NCBI GenBank assembly: GCA_038062295.1
Contig: JBBTXL010000008.1
Coordinates: 1,430-65,429 of the forward strand
Length of the DNA stretch: 64,000 nt
Direction: 5' to 3'
DNA from: Patescibacteria group bacterium
Lineage (GTDB): Bacteria > Patescibacteriota > Minisyncoccia > GWC2-36-17 > WO2-46-25
Shown here piece by piece: positions 57,960 to 64,000 of this stretch (position 1 is the first letter of the stretch; the number at the start of each line of letters is the position of its first letter). The notes under the pieces were generated by a model that did not search any database, had not been told where the DNA came from, and was given only the letters and a program-made list of their open reading frames with translations. The position numbers and the translations under genes were made by a program.

Positions 57960-58901
57960 ATGATGCAAGTAATGCGGCAAAATGTTTCGTTACGAAATTT
58001 AAATACATATGGCGTCGGCGGGAGTGCGGCATACTTTACCGAAGCGCGGACAGGAGATGAAATGCGTTTGGCGGTTATGTTTGCGCGGGAAAAAGGGCTG
58101 CGGTATTTCATACTTGGCGGGGGAACGAACACGCTAGTTTCAGATGAAGGATTTTCCGGCGTTGTCATCCGCGCGATGCCCGGCGCCATAGCGGTGGAGG
58201 GGAATATGCTCGTGTCTGACGCCGGCGTTCCAATGGGTGTGCTGGTGCAAAAAGCAAAAACACTCTCGCTTACGGGGCTCGAGTGGGCAGCGGGATTGCC
58301 GGGGACGCTGGGCGGCGCCGTTTTTGGCAATGCCGGTTCGTGTGGCAAAGAAACCAAGGATGTTGTTGCCGAAGTGCGCGTGTATGACCCCGAACGCGGC
58401 GTGTTTTTAACCATCCCCCGGGACGCGTGTGCGTTTGCGTACCGCTCGAGCATGTTCAAATCGAACGGGAGCATTATTGTCGGCGCCACGCTTGCGCTTA
58501 CCCCCGGTAATCCCGAGGAGATCGCTGTGCGCATGCAGGAAAATATGCGTTTCCGCGCGTCGCATCAACCGCTTTCCGGCCGCTCCGAAGGATGTGTGTT
58601 CAAGAATGTGGAACTTGCGCACTCGCCCGAGGGCAGGGAATTGGTTTCGCGTGACGAGTGCTGTGGGCAGTTTCGCGATGCGGCATTTCTCCCCGCGGGT
58701 TTTTTGATAGACCGCGCCGGTTTGAAAGGTTGTGCCGTTGGCGGCGCACAGGTGAGCGAACGGCACGCGAATTTTGTGGTGAACGGCGGCGCAACGGCGC
58801 GTGACATTAGGGAATTGATCACCCATGTCAAAAGAACAGTAGAGGATACATACGGCGTTGCGCTTGTGGAAGAGATCCGCATGCTCCGGAACTATGAATA
58901 G
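57960..58901 (+). CDS. murB: UDP-N-acetylenolpyruvoylglucosamine reductase MurB
   Basis: FAD-binding LNTYGVGGSAAYF...ILGGGTNTLVSDEGF; C-terminal catalytic region. Confidence 0.85.
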   Translation: MMQVMRQNVSLRNLNTYGVGGSAAYFTEARTGDEMRLAVMFAREKGLRYFILGGGTNTLVSDEGFSGVVIRAMPGAIAVEGNMLVSDAGVPMGVLVQKAKTLSLTGLEWAAGLPGTLGGAVFGNAGSCGKETKDVVAEVRVYDPERGVFLTIPRDACAFAYRSSMFKSNGSIIVGATLALTPGNPEEIAVRMQENMRFRASHQPLSGRSEGCVFKNVELAHSPEGRELVSRDECCGQFRDAAFLPAGFLIDRAGLKGCAVGGAQVSERHANFVVNGGATARDIRELITHVKRTVEDTYGVALVEEIRMLRNYE

Positions 58902-59131
58902 TATTACAAAAGATTATGAATGTATTACAGATGAGTTATCCACAGTTATTTTCATTGCACATTGGTGTATACTATAGGTAGATCGTTGCAGTTAAAATAA
59001 ATAGGAGGTCGCCTATTTATCATAAATAAAAATACCTTCGTTTTGTCGGACTCCTAAGCTGGCAAAACAGATACTTATGGCAAAGAAAAAGAAGGCGGCA
59101 AAAAAGAAGAAGAGATAGTTTTTTCTTCTTA

Positions 59132-59165
59132 CATGATCCCTCGGAAACGAGGGGTCATGTTTTTT
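59132..59165 (+). terminator. strong intrinsic terminator (12-bp stem, GAAA loop, T6) immediately after a 13-codon poly-Lys mini-ORF
   Basis: CATGATCCCTCG-GAAA-CGAGGGGTCATG-TTTTTT. Confidence 0.6.
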
Positions 59166-59220
59166 ATCCCACTGTACAATATCGTTTTTTTACGATATAT
59201 TGGAGATAACTTCTCTCCCC

Positions 59221-59640
59221 ATGAAAATAGACATCAAAACGACACACATAGACCTCACTCCCGCACTGACCGAGTTTATTGAGGAAAAGATAGGGTCCCT
59301 TGATAAGTTCATGCCGCGACATTTTGCTCCGCCGGCCGGCGGACACGGCAGCGGGCAGGAAACGATACAGGCGTTTGTGGAGATCGCCCGTACGACGACG
59401 CATCATCGTCATGGCGGGGTGTTTCGTGCCGAGGTGAACATGAAAGTCGGTGGCCGCGTTATTCGCGCTGCGCAAGAGGGCCAGGACATACGCGCGGCGA
59501 TCGACGGCGTGCGCGAGGAGTTAAAGCTGGAGCTGCAGAAAGAGAAAGGCATTTCGGAGTCAAAATTTCGCAAGGGAGCGCGTGCGCTCAAACGGCTGAC
59601 CTCCATTTCTCCCATGGCGTGGTTTCGCAAAGAAAAGTAA
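59221..59640 (+). CDS. hpf: ribosome hibernation promoting factor (HPF/RaiA, short form)
   Basis: MKIDIKTTHIDLTPALTEFIEEKIGSLDKF. Confidence 0.85.
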   Translation: MKIDIKTTHIDLTPALTEFIEEKIGSLDKFMPRHFAPPAGGHGSGQETIQAFVEIARTTTHHRHGGVFRAEVNMKVGGRVIRAAQEGQDIRAAIDGVREELKLELQKEKGISESKFRKGARALKRLTSISPMAWFRKEK

Positions 59641-59649
59641 AAGAGTTCT

Positions 59650-62292
<2,643 letters not shown>

Positions 62293-62329
62293 CATCTCGC
62301 AATCCTGAGCTTGTCGAAGGGTAAACGCT

Positions 62330-62965
62330 GTGGGCTTTTGGAGACAGAAGGGCACAAAAATTAACTGCACAAAAGTGAAAATGAATTCTCAAAAGTTTAT
62401 AAATTTATTTGCAATAATCATCGCGCTTGGTCTTATCGGATTTTCTTTTTACTTCTCTAAAGAGAAAAATTACTCCATTGCCCCTGAAAGTGCTTTGGCC
62501 TCCCGTTTTAATGAATTCAGCCAGAAAGGGAATTCAACTTGTTCAGGAGTTTTTAAAGACTCCATAATGGGAATGACCAATGGAGACCACATTAAGGGAT
62601 CATGTTGCTCTCCGATGAGTATGCATAGATATGAGGAACAGGTGGAGGGTTTAAAAAAGTATGCGGATATACCCGAAATACCCCCCGATCCGTACGATGT
62701 CGATGCGGCTCTCGCAAAAGAATTGCTTGCGTATTATGATTTCCAGTTAGCTCCCGAGGAACAGGCGGCATATGACTATGCTATGAAGCATTCTCACGAA
62801 AATGGTCCGTGTTGTTGTAAGTGTTGGCGCTGGTATGTGTATGGCGGTTTGGCAAAGAAACTGATCAACGAACGGGGATTTGCTGGAGAACAAATTATAG
62901 ATGTATGGAATCTTTCCGACGGCTGTGGTGGCGAAGGAGAACATGTGCAAGAGCACCACATGTAA
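62330..62965 (+). CDS. hypothetical membrane-anchored Cys-rich protein (probable start Met 62381, MNSQKF)
   Basis: ORF track; TM LFAIIIALGLIGFSFYF; lower GC than upstream genes. Confidence 0.45.
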   Translation: MGFWRQKGTKINCTKVKMNSQKFINLFAIIIALGLIGFSFYFSKEKNYSIAPESALASRFNEFSQKGNSTCSGVFKDSIMGMTNGDHIKGSCCSPMSMHRYEEQVEGLKKYADIPEIPPDPYDVDAALAKELLAYYDFQLAPEEQAAYDYAMKHSHENGPCCCKCWRWYVYGGLAKKLINERGFAGEQIIDVWNLSDGCGGEGEHVQEHHM

Positions 62966-63092
62966 TTTTTTCAAAATGTTTAGACTTACTGATTTCCCAT
63001 CCGCATCGCCTATCAAGAAGTGTCATGGTAAATAATATAACAGAGGAAGTGAAGAGAAAAGGATTGCAGATTATTTCTCTTGAGTAGAGTAT

Positions 63093-63305
63093 ATGGAAAA
63101 TAAAATCAAACTCGGAAAATATCAACATTTCAAAGGTCACGACGTAAAAGTATTTGGCGTGGCAAAGCACAGCGAAGACCCGGAGCAGGAATTCGTCGTG
63201 TATGAGCATGACGGGCAACTATGGGTACGGCCGTTCGCGATGTTTTTAGAGGATGTGGAAGTAAACGGACAAAAGGTTCCGCGATTCAAATATGTCGGAG
63301 AGTAA
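63093..63305 (+). CDS. DUF1653-like small protein
   Basis: YQHFKGHDVKVFGVAKHSEDPEQEFVVYEHDGQLWVRPFAMF pattern recalled for DUF1653. Confidence 0.55.
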   Translation: MENKIKLGKYQHFKGHDVKVFGVAKHSEDPEQEFVVYEHDGQLWVRPFAMFLEDVEVNGQKVPRFKYVGE

Positions 63306-63729
63306 CAAAACAATCAAATTTTACGAAAAAGAGTATTACCTGCTGTCTAATTTTTCGGCGCATAAGGTGGTTTTCAAAGACAGAGAGTACATGACCGCGG
63401 AACACGCGTACCAGGCGGCGAAATTTGAGGACGAGCATCTCAAGGAAAAAATAAAGAATGCGCCCAGTGCCCGTCTCGCAAAGCATTACGGGCAGACAAA
63501 AACAGGAAGGAAAGGGCATCGCGACAAAGCAGCAACAATGAAAGAAATCTTGCGCGCAAAGCTTTTCCAACACGATGATGTGAAAGAAATGCTTGTAAAG
63601 TCAGGGAATGTTATTCTGGAAGAAAACAGCCCAACCGACTCCTTTTGGGGCACGGGCGAAGATGGTACCGGTGAAAATATGATGGGGAAGCTGTGGATGG
63701 AATTGCGGGAAGAAATGAGAAATAAATAA
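63292..63729 (+). CDS. NADAR (YbiA-like, DUF1768) domain protein
   Basis: FYEKEYYLLSNFSAHKVVFKDREYMTAEHAYQAAKF ... SFWGTGEDGTGENMMGKLWMELRE. Confidence 0.7.
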   Translation: MSESNKTIKFYEKEYYLLSNFSAHKVVFKDREYMTAEHAYQAAKFEDEHLKEKIKNAPSARLAKHYGQTKTGRKGHRDKAATMKEILRAKLFQHDDVKEMLVKSGNVILEENSPTDSFWGTGEDGTGENMMGKLWMELREEMRNK

Positions 63730-63730
63730 T

Positions 63731-64000
63731 ATGCCTGCGCAAAAGATCAGTTTAGAGAATGCAAAACAAAACAAGCTATTTTATTTCGTCGCCAATGTGG
63801 TGGTGTACCGCGAAAGTGACGGCAGATGTCTTATCCTCAAGCGCGACGAGCGGGAGAAAGTGCACCCGGGGCGGTATGGCGTGCCGGGCGGGAAACTGGA
63901 GTGGGAGCAGTTTGATATTGCGCATCCCACTCGCGTGAACGGCGATGTACTGGATTTTGAAGATGCGGTAGAGGATTTATTGGTGCGGGAAGCAAGGGAA
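63731..64000 (+). CDS. NUDIX hydrolase, 3-prime partial (runs off window)
   Basis: Nudix box start GGKLEWEQ...EDLLVREARE; 2-nt gap after NADAR gene. Confidence 0.6.
   Translation, partial: MPAQKISLENAKQNKLFYFVANVVVYRESDGRCLILKRDEREKVHPGRYGVPGGKLEWEQFDIAHPTRVNGDVLDFEDAVEDLLVREARE

Overview
The window reads like a compact, mostly high-GC (about 60%) bacterial chromosome segment, probably from a CPR/Patescibacteria-like organism (inference). The gene content pointing that way is small genes, several weak or absent SD sites, three O-antigen-ligase-like proteins with TPR tails, and large Ser/Thr-rich surface proteins. The housekeeping backbone is the dnaG-rpoD pair, obg, groES-groEL with a CIRCE operator, murB, hpf, secA, sbcDC and a P-type ATPase. 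Three things stand out. (1) A roughly 10.4 kb low-GC integrated element sits at a tRNA-Asn gene, bounded by an exact 16-nt direct repeat of the tRNA 3-prime end. It carries a large serine recombinase, a SpoVG-like gene, small secreted proteins, and a secreted S1-protease fusion whose C-terminal ~480 aa is a close paralog of the chromosomal surface protein at the window start. (2) A six-gene same-strand cluster (39607..45479) encodes five secreted proteins that share a conserved post-signal-peptide motif FEAHV(I/L)NVTA(K/V)I(E/D)N. Two of them end in vWA/MIDAS domains, and the cluster also encodes a dedicated SipW/Sec11-type signal peptidase. This looks like a tapA-sipW-tasA-style fibre or adhesin system. 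(3) A Pup-like gene (C-terminal LLDEIDDVLEENAEEFV..YIQKGGE) has no pafA, dop or proteasome genes anywhere in the window. Further points are three tandem Wzy_C+TPR paralogs next to the surface protein, which may form a glycosylation module, a sigma-factor and zinc-ribbon island, and a possible structured RNA leader near 47.6 kb. All calls rest on reading the sequence and ORF track by eye; no database searches were run.
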